The notes: generated by a model from the letters alone, not told the origin. 64,000 bases of DNA from Gemmatimonadota bacterium (GCA_039586555.1 JBDHKE010000013.1:3781-67780), one strand, 5' to 3'; counted from the first letter of the stretch, positions 18,576 to 27,970 are shown. Made by a program: numbers and translations.

Positions 18576-20932
18576 TAGACCATCCTCCGGATCTCCTCGA
18601 CATCCCTGGCGCGCAGGCGGAGCAGGTACACACCTCGGGGCACCTCCCTTCCCTGGTCATCCTTCCCATCCCAGTGAAGAAGTGTGCACTCATTGAGATC
18701 GACCTCGTCCCGTCCGTACAGTCCTGACTCCAGGGTGATCGGTGCACACCCGGACGCCGGGATGAGGCGCCGTATTCGCCTTCCCCGCAGATCGAACACC
18801 TCGAGCGTCACCTCCCCTGGTGTGGACAAGTCGAACCAGATGCGCGTGACACTCCTCCCCAGGTCTTCGCGAGGGAACGGGTTCGGGTAGTTCTGGAAGA
18901 GGATGGTCACGGGAGGGCGTGACCGGCTGGTGATGACGAAGGGACCCGCGCTGGTCACCGTGTCCGCTCCCCCCACGGGGGCCGTCGCGATGACGCGCCA
19001 CCGCAAGGGAAGGTTGAACGGCAGCGGATCGGGGATGCGAAACGAAGTCTCCCTGAGATCGGGGAAGGACTGGATCGGCTCCTGGTCCCTGTCCGAGAGC
19101 ACCTGTAGCTCGAACGCCAGCGGTCCCGCCGGAGCCGGAACGTCGAAGGCGTCCCATTCCAGAGTCGGGCGGGTTTCCTCGATGGTGACTCCTGCCGGGT
19201 CGTTGAGAACGAGGAGCGTCACCCACGACGGCACTTCGATGGGTCCCTGAGTCTCCGTCCGGCGACGGACACCCTGTGTCGTCTCCGCTTCCACCCTCCA
19301 GAAGAGCCGCCTCCGTGGCGGAAGCGGGGCAGCCGGACGCCTGGCGAAGGCACCCACCACGCTGTCTCGCACCACGACCTCGCTGAATGCGGAATCCTCG
19401 GCGGCCTGGAGTCGGAAGACCACGGGGAGCGCTCGCAGATCCACCGTCGGCGCGTCCCAGAAGAATCGCGGCACCAGGCTCGTCACCGTTCCCGCCGGAG
19501 TGACTTCCTGGAGGGGCAGCGCCCGAAGACCGTCGGGGAAGAAGATGGCGGAGGCCACGTCCGGGACCCCGGGACCGTTGGACGCCACGCCGTCGGGCCG
19601 GGATCGAGCGGAGGATATCAGGGCCTCCGCGATGGATAAGGGCCCACGTTCCGGATGGGCCTCCGCGAAGAGGGCGGCGATTCCGCCGATGAGTGCCCCG
19701 GCGAATTCCGTCCCGTCCACCGCCACCGTGTCATCCGGAGCCGCCACGCCAGCGGTCACCAGACCCACCCCTGGCGCCAGGATCTCCGGCTTCCGACGCC
19801 CGTCCGAGGTGGGCCCCCGAGCAGAGAACCCGGCCGGCCGGCCGGCTGCGTCGGATGCTCCAACGGAAATCACGCTGTCTCCATCCGCGGGGGCGACCAG
19901 GGTCTGCCCACCCGGACCCCCATTCCCCACCGGCACCACCACAAGGACGCCCCGGCGTGCCGCCTCGTCGGCAGCCAGGGTCGCCGGGATCTGGTCTCCG
20001 TCGAACCACTCCAACCCGTATGCGAAGTCGTCAAACTCGCGGAACCCCACCAGCGAGACGACCACTCGCACTCCCAGGCTTTCCAACCACTCCAAACCCG
20101 CCACCCAGAGATCCTCCTCCACACGCCGAGCCGAGGACACCTCTTCCACCCGGGCCAGGGCATACGAGGATCCAAAGGCTGGACCGCGGTCTCGTTCCGG
20201 AAGGTCTCCTGCAATGATCGCGAGAGCCGCCGTTCCCGGGCCGGCTTCTTCCAATGCCTCCCCCACCTCCGGCGTGACCGCGTCGTCCCCAGCGACGAAG
20301 TCCCGGGTCGCGAGAATCTCCACGTTGCGGAGCGCGCCGTGGTCCAGCCGCACGGCCGTCCCGAGGATTCCGACGCGAATGCCCGTTCCGGTGAGGCCCG
20401 CTTCGCGGGCGAACAGAACTCCAAGCTCGTCCAGCTCCTGGGAGAGCGACAGGCTTCCCGTCGTCTGTGTCCCGGACCTGGGGAGCCGCTGGCCGTCCAC
20501 AAACGTCGGGCGCGCGGGTGGCGCCGCGGCGGTACGCACCGGCCGCACCGCTTCGACACCGGGGAGATGGGCAATGACCTGCACAGTGGAAGAGTCCGCC
20601 TCGACGCTGAGGGCATTGAGCCACCGGCTTTCCGTCCGGATCCTGACCCCCAGACGCTGTAAGGCCGCGCGGGTCTCCTCGGCGCGAACGTGCGTGAGAT
20701 CGTGACGGGAGTGGTCTCGCACCCGGCTGTCTTGAGCAGGGAGTCCTCCCTCGACTCCGCCAGCGGCGTTCCGCCGTTCGGGAGTGAGGAAGACCCAATG
20801 CGCCAGGGAGGGCTCCGACTCGTTCGAGGCCGGGGGCGACACCCTAGGGGACCTCAAACCCGGCCCGGGCGATCCCCCCATGATCACGAGAATGAGGAAC
20901 AGACCCTGGAAGAGATTACGCCGCGGAGCCAC
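18566..20932 (-). CDS. Subtilisin-like (S8) pseudo-protease with T9SS-type C-terminal sorting domain
   Basis: S8 fold is recognisable but the catalytic positions are substituted. The Asp motif VAVIDTG reads VGILGTA, the His motif HGTHVAG reads PGTAALA, the Asn site is retained (PVGNGG) and the Ser motif GTSMA reads GTEFAG. The C-terminus ...WDGKDDQGREVPRGVYLLRLRA... resembles the Por/T9SS sorting tail. N-terminal signal peptide. Confidence 0.7.
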   Translation of the reverse strand: MAPRRNLFQGLFLILVIMGGSPGPGLRSPRVSPPASNESEPSLAHWVFLTPERRNAAGGVEGGLPAQDSRVRDHSRHDLTHVRAEETRAALQRLGVRIRTESRWLNALSVEADSSTVQVIAHLPGVEAVRPVRTAAAPPARPTFVDGQRLPRSGTQTTGSLSLSQELDELGVLFAREAGLTGTGIRVGILGTAVRLDHGALRNVEILATRDFVAGDDAVTPEVGEALEEAGPGTAALAIIAGDLPERDRGPAFGSSYALARVEEVSSARRVEEDLWVAGLEWLESLGVRVVVSLVGFREFDDFAYGLEWFDGDQIPATLAADEAARRGVLVVVPVGNGGPGGQTLVAPADGDSVISVGASDAAGRPAGFSARGPTSDGRRKPEILAPGVGLVTAGVAAPDDTVAVDGTEFAGALIGGIAALFAEAHPERGPLSIAEALISSARSRPDGVASNGPGVPDVASAIFFPDGLRALPLQEVTPAGTVTSLVPRFFWDAPTVDLRALPVVFRLQAAEDSAFSEVVVRDSVVGAFARRPAAPLPPRRRLFWRVEAETTQGVRRRTETQGPIEVPSWVTLLVLNDPAGVTIEETRPTLEWDAFDVPAPAGPLAFELQVLSDRDQEPIQSFPDLRETSFRIPDPLPFNLPLRWRVIATAPVGGADTVTSAGPFVITSRSRPPVTILFQNYPNPFPREDLGRSVTRIWFDLSTPGEVTLEVFDLRGRRIRRLIPASGCAPITLESGLYGRDEVDLNECTLLHWDGKDDQGREVPRGVYLLRLRARDVEEIRRMVYWP

Positions 20933-23900
20933 TGACTTGCAGAGCCTCTTCGAGGCGTACGCCTACGACCGTGCTGATTCCCGGCTCCTCCATGGTCACC
21001 CCGTAGATCCAGTCGGCGGCCTCGATGGTACGGGGGTTGTGAGTGATGACCACAAATTGCGTCTGACCCTTGAATTCCTCCAGAAGCCTTACGAAGCGGC
21101 CGATGTTCGACTCGTCGAGCGGTGCATCCACCTCGTCCAGAACGCAGAAAGGGCTGGGTTTCACGAGATAGATGCCAAACAGAAGGGCCAGGGCCGTGAG
21201 TGCACGTTCCCCGCCGGAAAGCAGGTCGATCCTCTGCGTCCGCTTCCCCCGTGGGGAGGCGTGGATCTCGATGGGGGATTCCAGGGGATCATCCGGGTCA
21301 CTCAGCCAGAGATTGGCCTCCCCCCCCTGGAAGAGCCGGAGGAAGGTTGATTGAAAATTCTCTTGGATCTTCTCGAAGGTCCCGAGGAAAAGGTCCGTGG
21401 CCGTCTGGTTGATCTCCCGTATCGCGGAGCGCAGATCGTCCCGGGCATCCACGAGGTCATCGCGCTGCTCACGGAGGAAGGCCAGCCGGTTGCTCTCCTC
21501 CTCGTGCTCCTCCACCGCCAACATGTTCACTGGGCCGATCCGCTCAAGGGCCGCAACGAGCTCCTGATACTCGGCCCGAAGACCTTCGGGCTCTCCCTCC
21601 GCTTCGTCCGCCTCGTCCAGTAGCACCTCCAGGGGTCGGCCCCACTCGGCCTCGAGGCGCTCACGTATCCTCTCGATTCTGCCCGTGAGCTCTTGCCGCT
21701 CGAGCTCGAGCCGGTGACGGCGGTTCGTCGCCTCCCGTTCCGCCGCTCGCGCGTCCCGGAGTTGACGCTCCGCTTCGAGAAGCCCTTCCGCCACGGATGC
21801 GAGTGCCTCCTCCCTGCTCGACAGTTGGCCCCTTGCCTCGTCCTGCTCGCCAAAAAGTCTCTCCATGGCGACTGCCCCGTCCGCCCTCATCTGCGTGGCA
21901 CGCTCCAGCTCCTGTCCGAGTTGCCCCCGTTCCCGGTTCAGTTCCTCGATCCGGCTCGTCTCCCCGGACTGAGCCCGCATTAGCTCGTCCTGGCGCTCCA
22001 CTACCCGCGCGAGCTCCCCTTCGAGACGCGCCAGGCGGATGGTGGACTGGGATTCTTCGCTCCGGGCGGTCTCCCACTCCTCGAGAGCCCTATCCAACCT
22101 TCCCCGAGTCGCTCCGTGCTCGTCAGCCAAGCTCCGTGCCTCGTCCAGCAGTCCTTCGCGCTCTCGCCGAGTCTCCTCAGCCCGCCGGAGTGCCCGGCGC
22201 CGGGCCGCGCGAGTGCCCTCCAGCTGGCGATCCAGGTCCTCCCGTTGCCTCTCAGTACGCACCTTCCGATCGTCCTGAGCTGCCACTTCCGCTTGTGCGC
22301 CCCGGTAGTCGTCCACGGCAACGCGATAGGCGTCCCAGGTCTTCTCGACGCTGGATTCGGCACTCCGGAACGCCTCTTCGGCCGAGGCGCGAGCCGACGA
22401 CGCGTCTTCCGCCGAGGATTGTGCTGCCCCGACAGCACCACGAAGCTTCCGGGTGCGCTCGCGGCGCTCGATCAATCCGCTCAAGCCGGAGGGCGCGCCG
22501 ATCCGCACGACGCCAAGACGATCGACGGAGGTCCCCGAAGGCGATATGCGGATGCCAGATCCAGGAGGGGAGGACAGCATATCGCCATCCACTAGCTCCA
22601 CCTCTGCAAGGAGTGCTCGGACCCATGGCGCCCCCTCCCCGGATGCCTCCAAGGCCTCGAACAAGCTCCCCACCCCTTCCGGTTTCGGCACCTCGTCCAG
22701 CGGAAGCAAGATCAGGCCACCGCCCTCCGACCACTCCTCCTCGAACCAGCGATTCAATCGGAGGACTGTTGCTCGATCCCGTACCACAAGCCCCTGCAGG
22801 AGAGGACCCAGAAAAGCCTCCACTGCTCTGGCTACGCCTTCGGGAGCCGAGACGAACTCCGACAGAAGGCCCACGATTCCGGAATCGTCGATCTGTTGCG
22901 CACTCCGCACGGCGGGCACCAACCCCTCCCCGTCTCTCTCCAGGGTTTCCAGAGCCGACAGCTGAGCGGCGAGTGCCGAGGCCCGGTCCAGGGCCTCCAC
23001 CTCACTGGCCCGCGCCCGTTCCAGATCCTTTCTTCGTCGAGCCAGCTCCGAGCGTGCTGCCTGGACGCGAGCCTCAGCCTCCGACGCGGCCCGAACCAGA
23101 GACTCCGCCCGGTCGGAGAAGAGATCCCCCTGGGATTCCATGTCCGAGAGCTGGTCGGCCGCTTCATGCCTGTCCCTCTCCAGACGCTCCAGGCGCCGGC
23201 CCAACTCCACGGCCTGAGCCTCGGACGCTTCCGCATCGCCCTGGGTCTGGGCGACCTTCCTGGCGATTTCCCTCTCTCGTCGCTCCACCTCGTCGACATC
23301 CTGCCGAGCATGGACGAGGCGCTCGCGCACCTCCCGTGCTGCCGCCTGACTCGCCTCCATCTCCTGGCTCAGCCGCTGGAAATCCGCCTCCAGCCCCTCC
23401 CGCCTGCCTGCCAGGCCGCCCTCCTCCTCCTTCAACCCCCCGATCCGCCGCTCCCGCTCCGAACGCTCTCCGTCGATCTGCTCGATTCTGCGACGAGCGT
23501 ACATGGCTCGCTCATCCGCCACGGCCAGATCCCGTTCCCACCGAGACAGCCGGGCGCGGACGTCTTCGAGCCTCTCTGCCGCAGAGCTCCGCGCCTTCTC
23601 GGCTTCCACCTGCTGCAGTCGAAGGGACTCGTACCGGGCTTCCGCGGTGCCAAGCTGGGCGGCGATGCCCTCTCCCACCACCTGGTCCTCGGCCAGCTTC
23701 TGCGCGACCTGAGCCAGGCGAGAGCCCAGGACGTCGAGCTCTCGCCGGACCACGGCCACTTCAACGGCCAGACGGCGAGCTCGGAGTCTATGGTATCGCT
23801 GAGCCTTGCCCTTCTGACGAGCCAGGGAGCGTACCTTGCTCTCCACCTCGCCGATGAGATCCTCGAGGCGCTGAAGATCTAGGTCGGCTCGTTCGAGCCT

Positions 23901-24437
23901 CCGCTGAGCGGACTTGCGGCGATCCTTGTACTTGCCGATTCCAGCAGCTTCCTCAAAAAGGGATCGCCGCTCCTCCGCGCGATCGGAGAGGATCGCGTCG
24001 ATCATGCGGCTCTCGATCACCGCGTAGGCGTTCGCGCCCAGACCCGTGTCGCGACAGAGATCATGGATGTCCCGGAGCCGGCAAGGGGCCCGATTGAGTG
24101 AGTAGTCACTGCCCCCGTCTCGATAGACGGTCCTCCCGATCTCCACCTCCTCGAAAGGGACCGGGAGCGTGGCGTCCTCGTTGGACACGACCATGGTTAC
24201 GGATCCCCGATTGACGGGACGGCGGTTCACGGTCCCCTGAAAGATGGCCTCCTCCATCTTCGCGCCACGGATCGCCGACGGCCGCTGCTCCCCGAGGACC
24301 CAGCGTATGGCGTCGCCGATGTTGGACTTACCGCAACCATTCGGACCCACGATGGACGTGATCCCCTCGTGGATCTGAATCTCAGTGCGATCCGCGAAGG
24401 ATTTGAAGCCGTGGAGTCGGATCGATCGGAGCTTCAC
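20916..24437 (-). CDS. smc: Chromosome segregation protein SMC
   Basis: N-terminal Walker A (VKLRSIRLHGFKSF...IVGPNGCGKSNIGDAIRWVLGEQ), long coiled-coils, hinge and a C-terminal signature/Walker B (LSGGERALTALALLFG..., CVLDEVDAPLDE). The start is the GTG at 24437, overlapping the upstream stop as GTGA. Confidence 0.9.
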   Translation of the reverse strand: MKLRSIRLHGFKSFADRTEIQIHEGITSIVGPNGCGKSNIGDAIRWVLGEQRPSAIRGAKMEEAIFQGTVNRRPVNRGSVTMVVSNEDATLPVPFEEVEIGRTVYRDGGSDYSLNRAPCRLRDIHDLCRDTGLGANAYAVIESRMIDAILSDRAEERRSLFEEAAGIGKYKDRRKSAQRRLERADLDLQRLEDLIGEVESKVRSLARQKGKAQRYHRLRARRLAVEVAVVRRELDVLGSRLAQVAQKLAEDQVVGEGIAAQLGTAEARYESLRLQQVEAEKARSSAAERLEDVRARLSRWERDLAVADERAMYARRRIEQIDGERSERERRIGGLKEEEGGLAGRREGLEADFQRLSQEMEASQAAAREVRERLVHARQDVDEVERREREIARKVAQTQGDAEASEAQAVELGRRLERLERDRHEAADQLSDMESQGDLFSDRAESLVRAASEAEARVQAARSELARRRKDLERARASEVEALDRASALAAQLSALETLERDGEGLVPAVRSAQQIDDSGIVGLLSEFVSAPEGVARAVEAFLGPLLQGLVVRDRATVLRLNRWFEEEWSEGGGLILLPLDEVPKPEGVGSLFEALEASGEGAPWVRALLAEVELVDGDMLSSPPGSGIRISPSGTSVDRLGVVRIGAPSGLSGLIERRERTRKLRGAVGAAQSSAEDASSARASAEEAFRSAESSVEKTWDAYRVAVDDYRGAQAEVAAQDDRKVRTERQREDLDRQLEGTRAARRRALRRAEETRREREGLLDEARSLADEHGATRGRLDRALEEWETARSEESQSTIRLARLEGELARVVERQDELMRAQSGETSRIEELNRERGQLGQELERATQMRADGAVAMERLFGEQDEARGQLSSREEALASVAEGLLEAERQLRDARAAEREATNRRHRLELERQELTGRIERIRERLEAEWGRPLEVLLDEADEAEGEPEGLRAEYQELVAALERIGPVNMLAVEEHEEESNRLAFLREQRDDLVDARDDLRSAIREINQTATDLFLGTFEKIQENFQSTFLRLFQGGEANLWLSDPDDPLESPIEIHASPRGKRTQRIDLLSGGERALTALALLFGIYLVKPSPFCVLDEVDAPLDESNIGRFVRLLEEFKGQTQFVVITHNPRTIEAADWIYGVTMEEPGISTVVGVRLEEALQVSGSAA

Positions 24438-25255
24438 TGAGTCAGGCCGGGAATCGGGATGTATCCGGTGACACCACCGACGAGCAAGACAACCATGAGG
24501 ATGATCAGGAGGATAATGGCGATCCAGCGACCCCGGGATCGTCTGGGTGTCACTGCGGGCACTGCTTCCTCGCCCGAACCCACCGCTGTGGCCGGAGCCT
24601 CGTCGCCGACGACGTCCTCGGCCCATTCAGGCCCCAGAACCCCGCCGAGCCGAGCGCTCGCCGCCCCAAGGATCTCTTGCGGCGACTCTTGCGGCCCCGC
24701 GAGGAGGATCACGCTGGAGGCGTGCTGGAGCGCCTTCGAACCCGCAGAGCGTTCCGAGGGAAGGTAGACGACCAGAGCCGCCTTCTCCGCCGCGAACCCC
24801 GCCGCCACTGCTTCCCAGCGCTCGTGATGGAGTACCTGATCCGGATCCGCCACGGGCGTACCCGCTGGAGCGAAGTAGAAGGGTCCGTCCGGTGCCCGGT
24901 GGGCGATGCGGGCCATGGACGCTCCATAGAGAAACCCGTCGGAGATTCCTTCTCCGTTTTCGACACCGACGATTCGGTGGAGGATGGGGTTCTCCAGATC
25001 CAGGTCCACAAGCACGACCCGAGCACCTTCTTCGGCCCACCTTCGAGCCAGGGCTGTGGCCGAGCGTGCAGCCCACTCCTCCTGCCGGGCAACACCGGTG
25101 GCCACGATAGCCACCACCCGGCCTTCCTCACTTCCAAGAACCCTGCTCGAGTGAAGGGTCCCTGGAATGGACTCCGCCTGCGGGTCGAATGGAACCCAGT
25201 CGCCGGTTTCAGCACTCATGCTCTTTGGCCCAGATGTGATGCGATGCTCCGCCAC
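24434..25255 (-). CDS. ParA/MinD-like protein with degenerate Walker A and C-terminal transmembrane anchor
   Basis: The core (VVAIVATGVARQEEW...ARVVLVDLDLENPILHRIVGVENGEGISD...PDGPFYFAPAGTP...) aligns to the MinD/ParA deviant-Walker-A fold, but the GKGGVGKT P-loop is replaced by TGVARQEE. The C-terminus WIAIILLIILMVVLLVGGV is a transmembrane helix. Translationally coupled to smc. Confidence 0.55.
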   Translation of the reverse strand: MAEHRITSGPKSMSAETGDWVPFDPQAESIPGTLHSSRVLGSEEGRVVAIVATGVARQEEWAARSATALARRWAEEGARVVLVDLDLENPILHRIVGVENGEGISDGFLYGASMARIAHRAPDGPFYFAPAGTPVADPDQVLHHERWEAVAAGFAAEKAALVVYLPSERSAGSKALQHASSVILLAGPQESPQEILGAASARLGGVLGPEWAEDVVGDEAPATAVGSGEEAVPAVTPRRSRGRWIAIILLIILMVVLLVGGVTGYIPIPGLTQ

Positions 25256-25412
25256 CCATGACCCGATCGGAACGGGGCGTTCCAGGAAGGTCGCCCGAAG
25301 TTAACCCGCCTCTCCCGGGCACGGCAATCAAGGGTGTACGCACCTCCTATCATCGTCCGATTTCATCAGACAGATCCGGTACACCGAGCGTCACGAGCCT
25401 CGTCTGGATCCG

Positions 25413-25790
25413 CTACTCCTCCAGACTCAAGCTCGGAGCATCGCCCCAGAGAACTTCCAACTGATAGAAAGCGCGGGCGGTATGGTGGAACACGTGCACG
25501 ACGAAGTCAATGTAATCGATCAGCACCCAGTATCCGGCCTCCAGACCCTCCACGTGGTCGGGGCGCACGTCGCTCTTCTTCAGCTCCTCGATCACATGTT
25601 CCGCGATCGCCCTCACCTGTATGTCCGAGTTCCCCGTGCCCAGAACGAAGAAGTCGGTTGCGGAGGAGATTCCCCGAAGGTCCATCGCCATGACTGCCTG
25701 AGCCTTCCGTTCCAGGGTCAGGTTAGCCGCCAGCAGCACCTCGCTCGGGAGATTGTGCGGGCCAAGCTGAGGGCTCGGGGGCGACGGCAT
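25413..25790 (-). CDS. rsfS: Ribosome silencing factor RsfS (Iojap-like)
   Basis: DFFVLGTGNSDIQVRAIAEHV...DYIDFVVHVFHHTARAFYQLEVLWGDAP matches RsfS. Confidence 0.82.
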   Translation of the reverse strand: MPSPPSPQLGPHNLPSEVLLAANLTLERKAQAVMAMDLRGISSATDFFVLGTGNSDIQVRAIAEHVIEELKKSDVRPDHVEGLEAGYWVLIDYIDFVVHVFHHTARAFYQLEVLWGDAPSLSLEE

Positions 25791-25804
25791 GACCGGAGCC
25801 AGGC

Positions 25805-26263
25805 TCAGTTCCCCTCCGCCCGCTCGACGCGGACCTCGATCTCCACCGTTACTTCAGAGTGGAGGCGGATCGGAACCTTGTAGACCCCTATGGCCTTGAG
25901 AGGCTCTTCCATGGCCACCTGTCTCCTATCCAGGGCGAAGTCCAACCCCGTCTCGTTGGCCCGGTCGGCCACGTCTGCGTTGGTGACCGATCCGAACAGC
26001 CTTCCTTCCTCCCCAGCTCGGGCCTTGAACGAGAGCACGGTCCCCTCCAGCTGTGCGGATCGCCGTCGCGCTTCGAGGTAGTCCCGCTTCGCCCGATCCT
26101 CGGCTCGTGCCTGCTCCTCCTCGAGGCGGCGGATGTTGGCGGCCGAAGCTTCGTATGCGAGGTCTTGCGGCAGGAGGTAGTTCCGGGCGTATCCCGGCTT
26201 CACGTTGACCACGTCGCCGGGCTCTCCCAAGCGATCAACGGTCTTTTTCAGGATCACCTTCAT
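25805..26263 (-). CDS. rplI: 50S ribosomal protein L9
   Basis: MKVILKKTVDRLGEPGDVVNVKPGYARNYLLPQ... is the L9 N-domain. The start is at the internal Met of the track ORF. Confidence 0.88.
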   Translation of the reverse strand: MKVILKKTVDRLGEPGDVVNVKPGYARNYLLPQDLAYEASAANIRRLEEEQARAEDRAKRDYLEARRRSAQLEGTVLSFKARAGEEGRLFGSVTNADVADRANETGLDFALDRRQVAMEEPLKAIGVYKVPIRLHSEVTVEIEVRVERAEGN

Positions 26264-26285
26264 GCATTGCTCCTCGATAGAACAG

Positions 26286-27212
26286 TCACCCAAGAATCGC
26301 ACGGGCTCGCTCGCGCAGGTCCAGCCATGTGTCTCCGAGGCCGATGATCAAGGCTCCGGCAACGACCACCGGGGCCAGAAAGAGGAGCCCCAGGAGCACC
26401 AGCACGAAGCCCAGGAGGGACACCCCCCCAGCGAGGAAGGTCACGACTGCGGCACCCCTCACGGCGTACAAGGTGCCCACGAACACCACAGCGTTGGTCC
26501 CCAGTCGGTTCCAGCCTTCGCCCAGGCGAAACACCGCAGCCGCGAGGCCGAGAATCAGAATCCAGATCAGCTGGTCGTTGAAGTGGAAGTCCCTCAACGG
26601 CCCGAGTGCTCGATCGCTGCCGTGCACGAAACGCACATAGAGCCACCACGCGACACCCAGCCCGGCCACTGAGGAAAGACCAAGCAAAGCGGGGAAGATC
26701 ATACCCTGTATCTCCGCGGCTCTGAGCACGGCACCGACCACAGCCGGCGAAAGTGCCGCATCGCCCTGCAGGATCCTCATGGCCTCCAGCGCGGCCCCGA
26801 CCCCGGTTCGTATCCGGTCGTTCATGACCCAGTCCGCCACGGTCCAACTCTCGGGTCGCACGAGGAAGAAGAGGGCACTGGCCGCAAAGGCGCCCCCTAC
26901 CGCTCCAAGCGCTCTCGGAACGAATCCCCACCCTGGCCAGCGCAGCGTCAGCGCAACGAAGCAGCCGCCCACCAGCAAGGCCCAACCTCTCTCCAGGTAC
27001 CAGGATCCGGTCTTGGGGGACCCGACCATCACCAGGGCCAACAACAGCGCCGCCGCCACGAGCCCGAACCCCCTCCGGTCGGGCATCAGCACCGTCATCA
27101 GGGCAAGCGGAAGGATGACGAGGACAAGAGGCTGACCGGAAAGGACGATGGCCGCTCCCAGGAGCGCAGCCGCACGAAGCCACCGTCGCTCCCCCGGATG
27201 GGGCTTATCCAT
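26286..27212 (-). CDS. DUF2232 (YybS-like) polytopic membrane protein
   Basis: 308 aa with about 8 hydrophobic helices, located between rpsF/rpsR and rplI as yybS is in Firmicutes. Confidence 0.55.
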   Translation of the reverse strand: MDKPHPGERRWLRAAALLGAAIVLSGQPLVLVILPLALMTVLMPDRRGFGLVAAALLLALVMVGSPKTGSWYLERGWALLVGGCFVALTLRWPGWGFVPRALGAVGGAFAASALFFLVRPESWTVADWVMNDRIRTGVGAALEAMRILQGDAALSPAVVGAVLRAAEIQGMIFPALLGLSSVAGLGVAWWLYVRFVHGSDRALGPLRDFHFNDQLIWILILGLAAAVFRLGEGWNRLGTNAVVFVGTLYAVRGAAVVTFLAGGVSLLGFVLVLLGLLFLAPVVVAGALIIGLGDTWLDLRERARAILG

Positions 27213-27217
27213 CCAGA

Positions 27218-27853
27218 CTAGATCCCGTGATCGCGCACGTAGGGAAGAAGGGAAAGGTAGCGAGCCCGCTTGATTGCCGTGGTGAGATGACGCTGGAAGC
27301 CCGCGGAGACCTTGGTGGTTCGTCGCGGCAGGATCTTGCCCTGCTCCGTGATGAACCTGGAGAGAGTCGCCACGTCCTTGTAGTTGAGAAGAAGGATCCG
27401 CGGTCCGTCCACGCGGCGACGACGACCGCGGCCGCCGCTGAACTCGGGCGGGCTGGAATCTTCATCCTCTTCTTCCTCGTCCTCCAGCGGATCCTCTTCG
27501 GGCTCTTCGTCGCTCGCGGCAGTCGCCCGACTCTCGGCCAGTATGGACATCCCGGACGTAGGTTCCCCTTCGTTCACAACGATCAGATACCGCCTCACCT
27601 GATCGTCCAGCCTGAGAAGTCGTTCGAAGGCGGGAAGGCTCTCCGGATCGGTCCGGAACTGGGCCACCACGTAGTAACCGCTCTTGAGGCCGCCGATGGG
27701 GTAGGCCAGCTGGCGCGCTCCCCAGTGATCGACGGCAATGATCTCGCCCCCGTCTTTCTCCACCAGAGGGGCGTGGAGCCGTTCGAGCTTCTTTTCGACC
27801 GCCCCCTCGTCCAGGGCCGGATCGAAGATATAGACGACCTCGTAATCGCGCAT
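27218..27853 (-). CDS. rpsF/rpsR: Ribosomal protein S6-S18 fusion (rpsF-rpsR in one reading frame)
   Basis: Residues 1-~110 are S6 ([12 protein letters not shown]...[13 protein letters not shown]...YYVVAQF) with an acidic tail ([20 protein letters not shown]). This continues in frame into a complete S18 ([66 protein letters not shown]). There is no stop codon between them. Confidence 0.78.
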   Translation of the reverse strand: MRDYEVVYIFDPALDEGAVEKKLERLHAPLVEKDGGEIIAVDHWGARQLAYPIGGLKSGYYVVAQFRTDPESLPAFERLLRLDDQVRRYLIVVNEGEPTSGMSILAESRATAASDEEPEEDPLEDEEEEDEDSSPPEFSGGRGRRRRVDGPRILLLNYKDVATLSRFITEQGKILPRRTTKVSAGFQRHLTTAIKRARYLSLLPYVRDHGI

Positions 27854-27936
27854 GTTCGTTTCCCTCGGTCCGCATCAGAACGGGCTCCGCGATGTCCACG
27901 GAGCGGGGTTAGCCTGATAAGATACTGCCTATAGGT

Positions 27937-27970
27937 CCCTTCTGACTAGATGTTGACCCTTCTGACTAGA
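27937..27970. repeat. Direct repeat cccttctgactaga x2 (spacer tgttga) at the ychF 3' end and the rpsF promoter region
   Basis: Two exact 14-nt copies at 27937-27950 and 27957-27970; the second overlaps the ychF stop codon. Confidence 0.4.

Noticed and set aside
19500-20705. 401-aa and 335-aa plus-strand ORFs
   Set aside because: Antisense to the subtilase-like gene; Ser/Pro/Arg-rich low complexity.
21797-23857. 686-aa Pro/Arg/Ala-rich ORF on the plus strand
   Set aside because: Lies entirely antisense to smc, has low-complexity composition typical of GC-rich antisense frames and no recognisable domain. It is a spurious ORF.
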